From an uncultured virus (IMG/VR IMGVR_UViG_3300042939_000937) (Duplodnaviria; Heunggongvirae; Uroviricota; Caudoviricetes): DNA of 64,000 bases. Position numbers and translations under genes: made by a program. This document shows, one piece after another, positions 36,105 through 45,204 of the stretch (position 1 is the first letter of the stretch; the number at the start of each line of letters is the position of its first letter). The stretch lies in the IMG/VR virus record IMGVR_UViG_3300042939_000937. The stretch is one strand, 5' to 3'. The notes beneath the pieces are model-generated. The model searched no databases. It saw nothing but the letters and a program-made list of their open reading frames with translations, and had not been told where the DNA came from.

Positions 36105-36980
36105 TTATCTCGGTGGGGGTGCGTTGAATTTGAGTGGAGCGTTAGGTAAGACGCCTGTTGGCCTGTTCCTTGCAGAACTAGCAGAACTGGCAGGCTTGGT
36201 AGAAGCAGGCTTCGAAGCTGGTCCTTTTGGCCCAGAGGCAGCGTTAGCCGAAGGGCTAGTAGGTTTCGTCGTGCTTCCTTTACCCGGTATATTCTGATTC
36301 GCTTGCTGGTCTACCGCCTCTAGCAATCCCGACTTTGCTCCTGCAGTTGCTGCGCTGGCTTGATCTCTGCCAGAATTAACCTGGTAGGCGGGAACTTGCA
36401 TCAGTGAAATGTCGACGAATGCCCTGGTAGCGTTACCAGACAAATCTCGCATCGTCTCCTTAACTTTGATGTCTTTAATAATGTAGTAAGCTTGGGATCC
36501 ACCGTAGCTCTTTTCGTTAGCCCAAACTTGGTACACTGGGACAGAAACAAACCCCTCGGAAGGGTTGATACTGTACTCCATTAACTTTTCAAGGGATTTA
36601 ACTTTGTCCTCTACTTGTTTCCCGCGAACAAAGCCCTCAACAAGAGCATTCCCCAGGGATAAATCTCGCATCCCCCTTGCTCCAGAAACGACGGGAGGAT
36701 TGTTCGTACCGAAAATGTCTACGCGCTGAGCGTTATTCGCCAGGTCCCATGAAATATCTTCTGGAGCCGTGATAAAGGTCCATCCTCCACCACCTCCACC
36801 GAATAAGTCCAGACCGGGAGTGAAGGCCAATGGGTTAAACGCCAACGTTTCGGCTTTGTTAAAGTCAATATTTGAAAGGTTGATGTCTTGCTTAAAGGAG
36901 TCGGTTACCCCCGGAATACTCTCTGTGATAAAAGTGTTTGAAGCAAAAGAGTTTGAGAAAGCGTTAGAATAATTAGTCAT
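36105..36980 (-). CDS. Probable tail tube initiator/baseplate protein
   Basis: F..APEDISW...P.V..G.R.L...YII.DI.VKE...G...RA.VDISL pattern; next to tape measure. Confidence 0.55.
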   Translation of the reverse strand: MTNYSNAFSNSFASNTFITESIPGVTDSFKQDINLSNIDFNKAETLAFNPLAFTPGLDLFGGGGGGWTFITAPEDISWDLANNAQRVDIFGTNNPPVVSGARGMRDLSLGNALVEGFVRGKQVEDKVKSLEKLMEYSINPSEGFVSVPVYQVWANEKSYGGSQAYYIIKDIKVKETMRDLSGNATRAFVDISLMQVPAYQVNSGRDQASAATAGAKSGLLEAVDQQANQNIPGKGSTTKPTSPSANAASGPKGPASKPASTKPASSASSARNRPTGVLPNAPLKFNAPPPR

Positions 36981-36981
36981 A

Positions 36982-37770
36982 TTAGATTAACGACGCAGAG
37001 GTGTTAAAGTTGCTGGAAAGATTTGTTGAGAATGCCTTCTTACCGATTTTGTCCGACATAGCTCCGTTCTTTAGTGCGTTCGCTGTGGCATTCGGAACTA
37101 ACGGCGGCATCGAAGTCAGTTGGTTAAAGGGCAACGTTGTGATGCTGGTGGGAAACGAGATTCCTTGGGCTAACCCAAACGCTTGAGGACCCTGGTTAGC
37201 CGGTTGCAGAGAGAAAACAACATCGCTGCCATTGAGTCCGAGAGTGTAAGCTCTGTCCCCGTAATTTGCCTTTGGATCACTGTCACTACCTCCCGGAAAG
37301 GTTTTGAAACTTGACCCAAACCCGCCTGCCGCACCCCCAAACACACCGCCCAAGAGATTGCCCGCAACCTGGGTGACTAACCCGGTCGCAACCCCGGAGA
37401 GAACACCTGCGAAAGGTCCTGCGTTTTGTAGCGAGTTGCCAATGGCCTGGTTAATGCCAGCGGCAGTGACTGTGTTAACGAAAGGGGTGATTGCAGAAGC
37501 AAGGAGATTATTTCCAGAACTCGCACTGGTGCCTCCCGGACCTGCAATCTGTGTGCCGAGGGCGGCATTCATCGCCACGTTTACGGTGGAACCGGCAAGG
37601 TTGCCAACGAGCGTCTGACCGGCTGAACCAAGGAACGAAGCTCCGGCACCTTGCCACACCTGGTTAATCGCGCTCGTGGTTGCGGTGGTAACTGCTTGCT
37701 GAGCGAGCGTGTTAATGAACGAAGGGGTAATACCCAGAGTGTTAATCGGACCTGCGTAAGTCTGTGCCAT
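36982..37770 (-). CDS. Gly/Ala-rich hypothetical structural protein
   Basis: ORF in tail module. Confidence 0.6.
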   Translation of the reverse strand: MAQTYAGPINTLGITPSFINTLAQQAVTTATTSAINQVWQGAGASFLGSAGQTLVGNLAGSTVNVAMNAALGTQIAGPGGTSASSGNNLLASAITPFVNTVTAAGINQAIGNSLQNAGPFAGVLSGVATGLVTQVAGNLLGGVFGGAAGGFGSSFKTFPGGSDSDPKANYGDRAYTLGLNGSDVVFSLQPANQGPQAFGLAQGISFPTSITTLPFNQLTSMPPLVPNATANALKNGAMSDKIGKKAFSTNLSSNFNTSASLI

Positions 37771-38429
37771 TATTTCCAACCTCTGTGTCGCACACGCCGC
37801 GTCTGATTTTCTTTATTTTTATTCTCTTCGTCGCGCAACGGTGGCAGCTTATTTACGGAATCCCAGTGCAAACGATAAGTGCAGATCCATCCTCCTTCTT
37901 CCGGAGCCACCTCGAAGATAAACTTATAGTCTCCGAACATAAAGGTGCCGGCAAAAGTTCCGTCGTCTTCTTGCAGGAAATTATTTTTCGGGCTGGCGTA
38001 GTAGCCTTTCTCACTACGGATGGTGGAAACGCGAGCACCAAACACGCTTGAGATTACTTCGATTAGAACCTTCTCTACTTTTTCCGCTGTAGAAAGGTTG
38101 TCCTCAACAAAGTCAAACCCAGAGGCATCCTCATCGTAGACCCGAAGCAAGTCCTCGAGAGAAATGCTCTCGATATTCTCAACGTCGGGCCAGTCTCCGG
38201 GAGACACTTTCCCAAGCATCTGCACGGCCTCTTCCCACTCAAAATCCTCTAGCTCGGAGAAAGACTCAAAGAGAGGGAGTAAAGAAACCAGAGAGGTATC
38301 GCCATCAACATAATCGTGACAAAGATGCTCGCAATAGTCCACAGGAATATCTGTAGGATCGCCATTAGACGCTTGCCAAAGCATTCGAGCGACATCCAAA
38401 TACCTCGCCTGATAGGCCGCATCTTCCAT
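37770..38429 (-). CDS. Acidic hypothetical protein, paralog of 3552-4211
   Basis: Shared motifs; GGGTAAAA upstream. Confidence 0.75.
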   Translation of the reverse strand: MEDAAYQARYLDVARMLWQASNGDPTDIPVDYCEHLCHDYVDGDTSLVSLLPLFESFSELEDFEWEEAVQMLGKVSPGDWPDVENIESISLEDLLRVYDEDASGFDFVEDNLSTAEKVEKVLIEVISSVFGARVSTIRSEKGYYASPKNNFLQEDDGTFAGTFMFGDYKFIFEVAPEEGGWICTYRLHWDSVNKLPPLRDEENKNKENQTRRVRHRGWK

Positions 38430-38468
38430 TCCATTGCCATTGATTCTAAGGGGTTTTACCCCCTTGAT

Positions 38469-39434
38469 TTAAAACTTGTAGGGGGCTTCGAGGCAAATTT
38501 TTGCGAATTGACGAAGTGTCTGCTCAAGGTGATCGGGTCGATCGTTTGCTTTCGGATCGTTGCAACATTCTTTCAAACTTTCCCAGATAGGGTGTTTATC
38601 AATGTTATACTCTGGATGAGGTTCGCATAGATCAAACAGCTCTACCGGAGTACCCTTTGGCAAATTATCACCCATGTCGGATTCGAGACTTTTCTTTGCG
38701 GCTAACTCGGAGGGATGAGATATTTCATGTCCGAGTTTATGCTGTGTGTGCTCAATCACACCCGCATTCCCGACAAGCCTCTCTTGAATTTTTTCGTTTG
38801 CTCTCGGATAACGAGTGTTTGCGAAATAGATTTTGTGTGCCTCGTCAACGCACATCGACCAGTCGCGATCCAGCGTCGCCAGAAAGATTTGCCTTTTTCG
38901 GACGATTGTTTTCTTGTTAGAATCGCGGCTGAGCCGATAAATAGCCCCAGCAAAATCATCCGCTTCATAGCCCTCTGCCTCAAAGAATGGGAAATAAGTT
39001 TTTGCGTAATCCCGGCAAATATTGTACACGAACCAGAACTCTTCAGTCTTTTCGCCACGGGTTCCCTTGTAGTGCGTCTTCAGGGACTCAACGGGAACTC
39101 CCTCCTGCTCAGCATGGTTAACCCACGCTTGTTGAACAACGGGGCAAGTCTGCATTACGTTATTTCTCCAGTAGTTGTCACTGTCGGAGAATCGCTTATC
39201 AGCAACAAAAAGCATTCGGTAAGTGTGGCGAGGAAGCATGTCTGGACCCCTGTTAATGTGAAGGGCAAAAGCACCCTTCACCAACTTCTCTTCGACCTCT
39301 TTCTTGAACGATCCCGAGATTTTGCTATACCAGTTGATTACGTGGAAGACTGCGACGTTGAAATCCCAGACAACCAGGGGAACTGGATTGCTCTCAAGGA
39401 CGATAGTTTGTTCAAGCTTCGGTCGGTCAATCAT
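38469..39434 (-). CDS. 5'-3' exonuclease / T4 RNase H-like flap nuclease
   Basis: VWD, YKGTR, GYEADD, DRDW, GDN. Confidence 0.85.
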   Translation of the reverse strand: MIDRPKLEQTIVLESNPVPLVVWDFNVAVFHVINWYSKISGSFKKEVEEKLVKGAFALHINRGPDMLPRHTYRMLFVADKRFSDSDNYWRNNVMQTCPVVQQAWVNHAEQEGVPVESLKTHYKGTRGEKTEEFWFVYNICRDYAKTYFPFFEAEGYEADDFAGAIYRLSRDSNKKTIVRKRQIFLATLDRDWSMCVDEAHKIYFANTRYPRANEKIQERLVGNAGVIEHTQHKLGHEISHPSELAAKKSLESDMGDNLPKGTPVELFDLCEPHPEYNIDKHPIWESLKECCNDPKANDRPDHLEQTLRQFAKICLEAPYKF

Positions 39435-39655
39435 TTCGGCATCGGCAAATTACACCAGTGCGTTGGCTGGTCTTCGTGATTGAGACCGAGCAGGGGTTGC
39501 CAACCTTCTCGTGCGGTGAATTCCCAGATGTCGGGCCATCCGTAGCTGCCGTCATCTGTCTGGAAGCACACCACGTACTCGCCGTCGCGTGTTGGATAAT
39601 CCTCGAGAATGTGCCAGTAGGCGTGGACCATCGTTTTTGTCAAAGTGGTGCTCAC
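39431..39655 (-). CDS. DUF551-like protein
   Basis: P..DGEYVV...PTHWCNLP. Confidence 0.6.
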   Translation of the reverse strand: MSTTLTKTMVHAYWHILEDYPTRDGEYVVCFQTDDGSYGWPDIWEFTAREGWQPLLGLNHEDQPTHWCNLPMPK

Positions 39656-40476
39656 AGCTTACCCCTCATAGTAGCCTTCAGCACCGCAATCTCAGCCTGC
39701 AACTCTGCGATTTCGGCATCGCGAGGATCCGGTTCTTTATTGAAAACCACAGAACTTGCCGTTGGGAATACATTAGAGAAGACGGACTTGACTGCCCGCG
39801 CAAGCTCACAGTGTTCGTATTGAGCAACACCCTCGTCGTCGCGGACGCCAATGTAATGGATGAAGCTGCGGCAGCTGCCTGTGACGTAAAGTCGGCTGAA
39901 GACACCTTGCGGCAATACAAATCTTGCGATTTCCTTCGCGACACCTCGTTGAAGCAAATCGTTGTAGCACTGCTGAGCGACCATGTATGAGGTGGACATC
40001 GTCGCCCACATTGCGTCAGTAAGGCCAGGGTCGGATGCCGGCAGCGAGTTTTGACGGTTCTTTGGATCCTGCTCTCGCGCCTCTTCAGGCATGTAGAACA
40101 GATTGTTAAAGGCGGACAGGTCAGCGGTGTGCTTCACCATTTCCTGCTGATCTTCGTACCGACCTGAGAACTGCTGGAACCGGAAACTAGCATGCCTTAG
40201 AAGTTGAACCGCGATTGCCAAAGGGGTCACAACCTCCACTGTCATTGATGCCTGTTCGAACACACTCCAGTGTCCATGCTTCGCACAATACTTAAGCAGC
40301 CCTTTAACGTTCGGATTAGTCTGATCTTTTGAAGTCACACGGGCGATGTAGCCCATCCCGCCTTCTGGATCGGGAGTGTGGGTAACAAGCCGCGCTTTGC
40401 TTGACCCTTCGATAAACCAACAATTATTATTTTCCAAAGTACGCACCCTCTTCCTCAATGTCAATGTCAATGTCAA
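39652..40476 (-). CDS. thyX: Flavin-dependent thymidylate synthase
   Basis: HWSVFEQ, QLLRH..F.FQQFSGRY, EIARFVLP; true start may be about 30 nt downstream. Confidence 0.93.
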   Translation of the reverse strand: MTLTLTLRKRVRTLENNNCWFIEGSSKARLVTHTPDPEGGMGYIARVTSKDQTNPNVKGLLKYCAKHGHWSVFEQASMTVEVVTPLAIAVQLLRHASFRFQQFSGRYEDQQEMVKHTADLSAFNNLFYMPEEAREQDPKNRQNSLPASDPGLTDAMWATMSTSYMVAQQCYNDLLQRGVAKEIARFVLPQGVFSRLYVTGSCRSFIHYIGVRDDEGVAQYEHCELARAVKSVFSNVFPTASSVVFNKEPDPRDAEIAELQAEIAVLKATMRGKL

Positions 40477-40711
40477 AATTGGGTGCTTCTCGCTCCAGAC
40501 TCAGTCTCTTTCCTTCGATAAAGTAGCCAGCGGCACGCATGAAGTCTTCGAAGAAGACCAACAGTTCTGGAATAGCAACCTCCGAAGAGATCTCCATCTT
40601 GATTTTGGTTTCTCCCGCGCCTTTAGGTGGTTTGTACTTGAGGGTGTACTTTCCGAACTCTAGCATGGTCCCTGATAAGGTTTCAAAGGTATTATAGTAG
40701 GAATGGGCCAC
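40427..40711 (-). CDS. Hypothetical protein
   Basis: FEDFMRAAGY motif. Confidence 0.6.
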   Translation of the reverse strand: MAHSYYNTFETLSGTMLEFGKYTLKYKPPKGAGETKIKMEISSEVAIPELLVFFEDFMRAAGYFIEGKRLSLEREAPNFDIDIDIEEEGAYFGK

Positions 40712-40721
40712 TGGTAAACGG

Positions 40722-41342
40722 TTAAAAATTCAAATCAATGGAGTCGGCATCAAGGTCGGCTTCATCAAAATCCCCTGCCATCTTCTGAATTGCCTTCAGA
40801 GTGTTCAAGCAGTCGTTTTGAGCATCGTGAGTGTCAATCCCGAGGAAGTTCGGCAGTTTTTGCCAACGAAATCCGTCTTTTTTCGTAGACCATTCGCCTG
40901 ACCACTCCGAGTACTTGTCCATCGCGCAAGACATGCCTGCGGTTTTCGGCACCTCGATTTTGTACTTTTTGAACATGTGCCACAGAAGAGACACGTCGAA
41001 GTCTGCGTTCCATGCCACAAGGTGCTTGTCCTGAAGAACAAACGCAATCATCTTAGCAATCTGAGGGAAGATTGGTTGGTTGATTACCTGCTCGTTGCGA
41101 ATTTTGTGGATGTCCATAACCTTTTCACTCATAGGTTGAGAAGGTTTAATCAACATCGAGAATAGCGGTCTACCGTGAATGTCGAGGATGCAAATCTGCG
41201 CAATCTCAGTTTCTGGGTCTTCCCGCAACAGCCCGGTGGATTCCAAGTCTAGAATTACGGTGTTGGCATCAGCCAACCGTTCTTGAGCCCACTGCTTTGC
41301 GTTATCTTTATACTCAGTCAGTTGGTCAGTTGTTGGTTTCAT
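40722..41342 (-). CDS. DEDDh 3'-5' exonuclease (DnaQ-like)
   Basis: ILDLESTGL, AWNADFD, HDAQND. Confidence 0.9.
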   Translation of the reverse strand: MKPTTDQLTEYKDNAKQWAQERLADANTVILDLESTGLLREDPETEIAQICILDIHGRPLFSMLIKPSQPMSEKVMDIHKIRNEQVINQPIFPQIAKMIAFVLQDKHLVAWNADFDVSLLWHMFKKYKIEVPKTAGMSCAMDKYSEWSGEWSTKKDGFRWQKLPNFLGIDTHDAQNDCLNTLKAIQKMAGDFDEADLDADSIDLNF

Positions 41343-41532
41343 CGTTGTTGTAAAGATCGTTGTAATCTGCGGCAATTCGTTCGCGCCACTCAAAGATTTT
41401 AGAGAAGCACTGAACAAGATCGGTGGCGTAACCGTGAGCGTGATCTGACGAGTCGGCAGGTCCATCCCAAAGGTCCCACTCAAGAAACTCTCGACCGTCA
41501 GGGGTGAAGCGGTTGTGGATCTCAATCTTCAT
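41326..41532 (-). CDS. Hypothetical protein
   Basis: ORF in array. Confidence 0.55.
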   Translation of the reverse strand: MKIEIHNRFTPDGREFLEWDLWDGPADSSDHAHGYATDLVQCFSKIFEWRERIAADYNDLYNNDETNN

Positions 41533-41881
41533 GATATCGCAATGGTTTGACTCCGAAATCGGTTGTATTAAATAGTCCCCTGTCGATGCTGCGTCCGCCT
41601 AAACGACGATAGGGGTAGACTAGTCCAATGAATTGAACTCTCTCACCTTGCTCCGGGACTCGTCCAATCTTTTTGAACTGTCGGCGGAGAAACCAGAGGT
41701 GTGACAGGAAGACGGATTCCCCGATTGGGGCAGGGGTAACGATCATGTTAACCAGAAGCAGAGTGTCTAAATCTCTGCGTTTTTCATGACACCTGTATTC
41801 TTTAAGTCGTCCGGACACAAATACTTCAGTATTCTCAAGCAGGCGCAAATCTTCTCGACGCCTGATTATGGATGAGCTCAC
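41522..41881 (-). CDS. Hypothetical protein, possibly OB-fold
   Basis: Promoter at 41908-41934. Confidence 0.6.
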   Translation of the reverse strand: MSSSIIRRREDLRLLENTEVFVSGRLKEYRCHEKRRDLDTLLLVNMIVTPAPIGESVFLSHLWFLRRQFKKIGRVPEQGERVQFIGLVYPYRRLGGRSIDRGLFNTTDFGVKPLRYHED

Positions 41882-41958
41882 ATCACTGACACCTTATCTC
41901 TGACGGCAGTATAGCACGGCGGCAAACGGGTAAAGTCTATCATTAGAAACAAACAGCC

Positions 41959-42711
41959 ATGACCCTCGGCAGAGAGACTTTCGGACTAACCAAATCTGAG
42001 TTTGGCCAGAAGATATCGAGAATAATTGGTAACTTTCGGTCCAACAGTAAGCTAATCGGCGAACCCCGTGATTTCATCATCCGATGCTGCAAGTTGACAG
42101 AGCAATGGGGGAAACTGGCGTCGGACCCTGAGACCACAGTTTACTTGCGTAGTATAGACATTGCCGGGGGTCGTAAAATAAAAATGGTGAGTTTGGAGCG
42201 TGCTGGAACGAAACAACCGGTGCCCAAACAAAAACTTGTAGATGCTCTCTATCCGCCCCGAAAGATAGCGACGACAGCGACAATCGAGGAAAAACACTTC
42301 AACCAAGTGCGTATAGCAATGCGCCACGCGATTTACTATCAACTTCAGGCCTACAGAAACTGCTGCCAATTGCCTGTGATCTGTCACATAAGTGGCAAGA
42401 AAATAATCCCTGGGTCCAAATCAGACGTAGATCATGTGGGTTTGACGTTTTCAGAAATCTCAGACAATTTCATTCGAGAGAGAAATCTGAAATACTCGGA
42501 CATTGTTCTTGTTGGGCCGCCGACTGCCAAGCGATTTAAAGACACCAAACTCTGGGAAGAGTGGACCCACTACCATTTGCAACACGCCCGTTACGCTCTC
42601 GCCTTTGCATCCGCCAATCGCAGTGCAGGGGCAAAGGGTTACCACACCAACCCTGAACTTTTAGGGTCTTTTGCTAAAAGCAACCCTGAAGATATTAGCT
42701 TAGAATTTTAG
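41959..42711 (+). CDS. Putative nuclease (DCL/DUF3223-like plus His-Me-like motifs)
   Basis: AMRHAI, CHISG, DVDH...F, W..YH. Confidence 0.5.
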   Translation: MTLGRETFGLTKSEFGQKISRIIGNFRSNSKLIGEPRDFIIRCCKLTEQWGKLASDPETTVYLRSIDIAGGRKIKMVSLERAGTKQPVPKQKLVDALYPPRKIATTATIEEKHFNQVRIAMRHAIYYQLQAYRNCCQLPVICHISGKKIIPGSKSDVDHVGLTFSEISDNFIRERNLKYSDIVLVGPPTAKRFKDTKLWEEWTHYHLQHARYALAFASANRSAGAKGYHTNPELLGSFAKSNPEDISLEF

Positions 42712-43481
42712 TTCACCCGGACTCTGTTTTTCGGGTCAATGCCACGAGCCTTTTGCCAGTTCGTCAACCCAGCCGGAGTAGAGACATGGGCGGGAAACCT
42801 TTCGTCGGTGTTCATAAATCTCATCTCATTGACTATTTTGCCCCCCTTATTGCCTCCCGCCCTGCCTCCCACGGCGCCCCATTCTTTTTTCAAATGCTGT
42901 AATTCCGGGTTATGAATTCCCTTTTTCTCAGCCATGAGTTTTGCTGCAGCCAAAGGCCCTTGTTTTTTACCGCATTTGACTTGAGCTTCTTTGATTTTCT
43001 CTTGGTGAATGGGATTGAAAATTCCTCGCCCCTCCTCGTATGTTCTTATGCCGTTTAAGCGTTGGAACTCAGGATCAAAAATCCCTCTACGTTCTTTAAT
43101 GAGTTTTCTCAGGGCGGTTTGGCGAATTTCTTTCATTCCCTCTTTCCAGAAACCTCGCTTGAGTGCAACATTAAGGTTACCTACTCTTCTGGTCGCTTCC
43201 AACGAGAAAACACACCCACAGGCTTGGTTTAAGCAAAAGGAGTTATTCAGGTCGGGCATGATTAAACGTTTTTCTACTTGGCGTGCTTGCTCCCAACCTT
43301 CAGAACTGTAGGCAAACAACTCAAGAATCTGAACTTTTGGTGTGTAAAACTCCCACGCCCACTTGTGCGTAGAGGGTGAACCCAAATACTTCTCTCCAAA
43401 CTTCTTTTCCTTATGAACTCCCCAATACCAGTAGGGTACTTCTTCAAACGTAATCTTGTACGTATAAATACGCGGTTGCAT
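42708..43481 (-). CDS. GIY-YIG-like (Seg-type) homing endonuclease
   Basis: IYTYKITF...YWGVH...YLGSP...E..LI...CLN. Confidence 0.8.
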   Translation of the reverse strand: MQPRIYTYKITFEEVPYWYWGVHKEKKFGEKYLGSPSTHKWAWEFYTPKVQILELFAYSSEGWEQARQVEKRLIMPDLNNSFCLNQACGCVFSLEATRRVGNLNVALKRGFWKEGMKEIRQTALRKLIKERRGIFDPEFQRLNGIRTYEEGRGIFNPIHQEKIKEAQVKCGKKQGPLAAAKLMAEKKGIHNPELQHLKKEWGAVGGRAGGNKGGKIVNEMRFMNTDERFPAHVSTPAGLTNWQKARGIDPKNRVRVN

Positions 43482-43561
43482 AATACTGTTGGCGATTGGG
43501 CGGGCAAGTATGTGGCCCAGGTCGCCAAACCTAAACACATACTTACCTGTAAGGTTTTACC

Positions 43562-44932
43562 CTAAGCCACAGTCACTGCGAGGAAAGTCGCGCCGGTCGG
43601 GGGTGCGCCGGTAAAAATAATTGTGGAACCGGAAATAGAGTAGGCGGTGCCGTAAAGCTGGGGGACACCGCCAACCGTTACGAGAATGTTGCTCGCGGGC
43701 GTTGGCGAGTAGGGCGTACCGGACCTCCTTAGAGTAAAACCGGTTGTCGTTCCATTAAACTGCGATGAAATGTCATCAAGGTAAACGAAACCGCGTGAGG
43801 TTGCTGAGATTACCCCTCCCGAGTTTACCGTAATGGTGGAACCGTCAGGGATAACACCGCCAATGGCGGCAGTGGTTGCAGGGATGACAGAAATGGTACC
43901 TGTCGTAGTAATTGGCCCACCGGCAAGACCCGCCCCTGTATTTACCAAGGAGACCGAGCCAATTTTGTAGTCAAAAAATATCCACTGTGTCCCATCTGAA
44001 ACAAACCAGTCGCCGGGAGAGCAAGCAACGGATACACCGAGAGGCGGAGAATAGGTGCCGCCAGTGTCAACAACTACAAAATACTCATCGTTGAGTGCGG
44101 ACGGGAACGGCAACGGGTTGCCAACAGTGAAACCAACTGCGGCTCCTTCTGGAGTCACCTGCGTGAGCACTCCCGTGTTCGCATTGAGAGAACCGGCGAA
44201 AGTCAGATTGCTCTTGGCCTCGATTGCGTTAATCTGCTGTTGAAGGTTGAATCCTTGAGCGGCGGTTAGCGCTTTTGTTGCATCGTTCGTTGTCGTATTA
44301 TTAACGAGTTGGGTGACACCGGTAACTGCTGTGGTGGCGGTAGGCACTGATAGCAAACCGGCACCGGTAACCGCAAGGTTCGCGCCAACACGCACAACCC
44401 CCGTGGCAGCCGTGGAGGCCACTGCAAGGGTCACATTGCTCGCTGCTGTGATTCGTCCCTGAGTGTCGACGGTAAAGCGACCAACTTGAGTAGCGCTCCC
44501 ATAGGTTCCTGCAGTTACTCCGGTAGGGGCGGTAGCCCCATTGATTGCGGTAACAAGGTTGGCGGCAGGTGGAGTGAGCAACGAGACGTCGCCAATTTGA
44601 TTCTGCAAAGCAAAACCTTGCGCCGCAGTTAGTGCGGTTGAGGAATCGTTGCTAATTAGGTTATCTGTAAGTTGGACCAGGCCGATTTGTGTTGTGCTTC
44701 CGAGTTGAATCGGCAGATTCTGCGCGAATGTGATGCGACCAGTGGCATCAATGGCTATTTCTGGGACTGCAATTGGTGTGCCATAGGTGCCCGGAGTGTC
44801 CCCAGTGCTGACTCCGATAAGGCGCCAAGTTGCGTCGGCACTGTCCCACTGGTAAATGTTGGTACCGGCAGGCGGATTTACCGGGTATACCTGTCCTGAC
44901 GTTGGATTGGAGGGAAAGGAGAGAAGCGCCAT
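43562..44932 (-). CDS. Tail fibre protein
   Basis: TVDTQGRITAAS and GLVQL fibre repeats. Confidence 0.8.
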   Translation of the reverse strand: MALLSFPSNPTSGQVYPVNPPAGTNIYQWDSADATWRLIGVSTGDTPGTYGTPIAVPEIAIDATGRITFAQNLPIQLGSTTQIGLVQLTDNLISNDSSTALTAAQGFALQNQIGDVSLLTPPAANLVTAINGATAPTGVTAGTYGSATQVGRFTVDTQGRITAASNVTLAVASTAATGVVRVGANLAVTGAGLLSVPTATTAVTGVTQLVNNTTTNDATKALTAAQGFNLQQQINAIEAKSNLTFAGSLNANTGVLTQVTPEGAAVGFTVGNPLPFPSALNDEYFVVVDTGGTYSPPLGVSVACSPGDWFVSDGTQWIFFDYKIGSVSLVNTGAGLAGGPITTTGTISVIPATTAAIGGVIPDGSTITVNSGGVISATSRGFVYLDDISSQFNGTTTGFTLRRSGTPYSPTPASNILVTVGGVPQLYGTAYSISGSTIIFTGAPPTGATFLAVTVA

Positions 44933-45047
44933 GCCGCCAAAACCTAGGGTTCTTCTTTAATACCTACTTTTACCCGGTTGCCCGTTGGGTTTGCTGCGCA
45001 AACCAGTCGGTTCGCTTCGCGAACCTCCTCGGATTTTGCAGCATAGC

Positions 45048-45073
45048 AAAAGACCCCGGCCGAAGCCAGGGTC
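45048..45073 (-). terminator. Intrinsic terminator within a hairpin cluster
   Basis: GACCCTGGC-TTCG-GCCGGGGTC-TTTT. Confidence 0.7.
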
Positions 45074-45204
45074 AATAATCGCGGAGGCGACGAAGCCGCC
45101 GACCGTTTGGCGTTAGCCAAACAGAGAACGCCAAGAGTAATCAGGCGCCCTGTTAATATTTACAAAGGGAAGAGGGTGCCTCAATCAGAGACACCCAACA
45201 GCAC

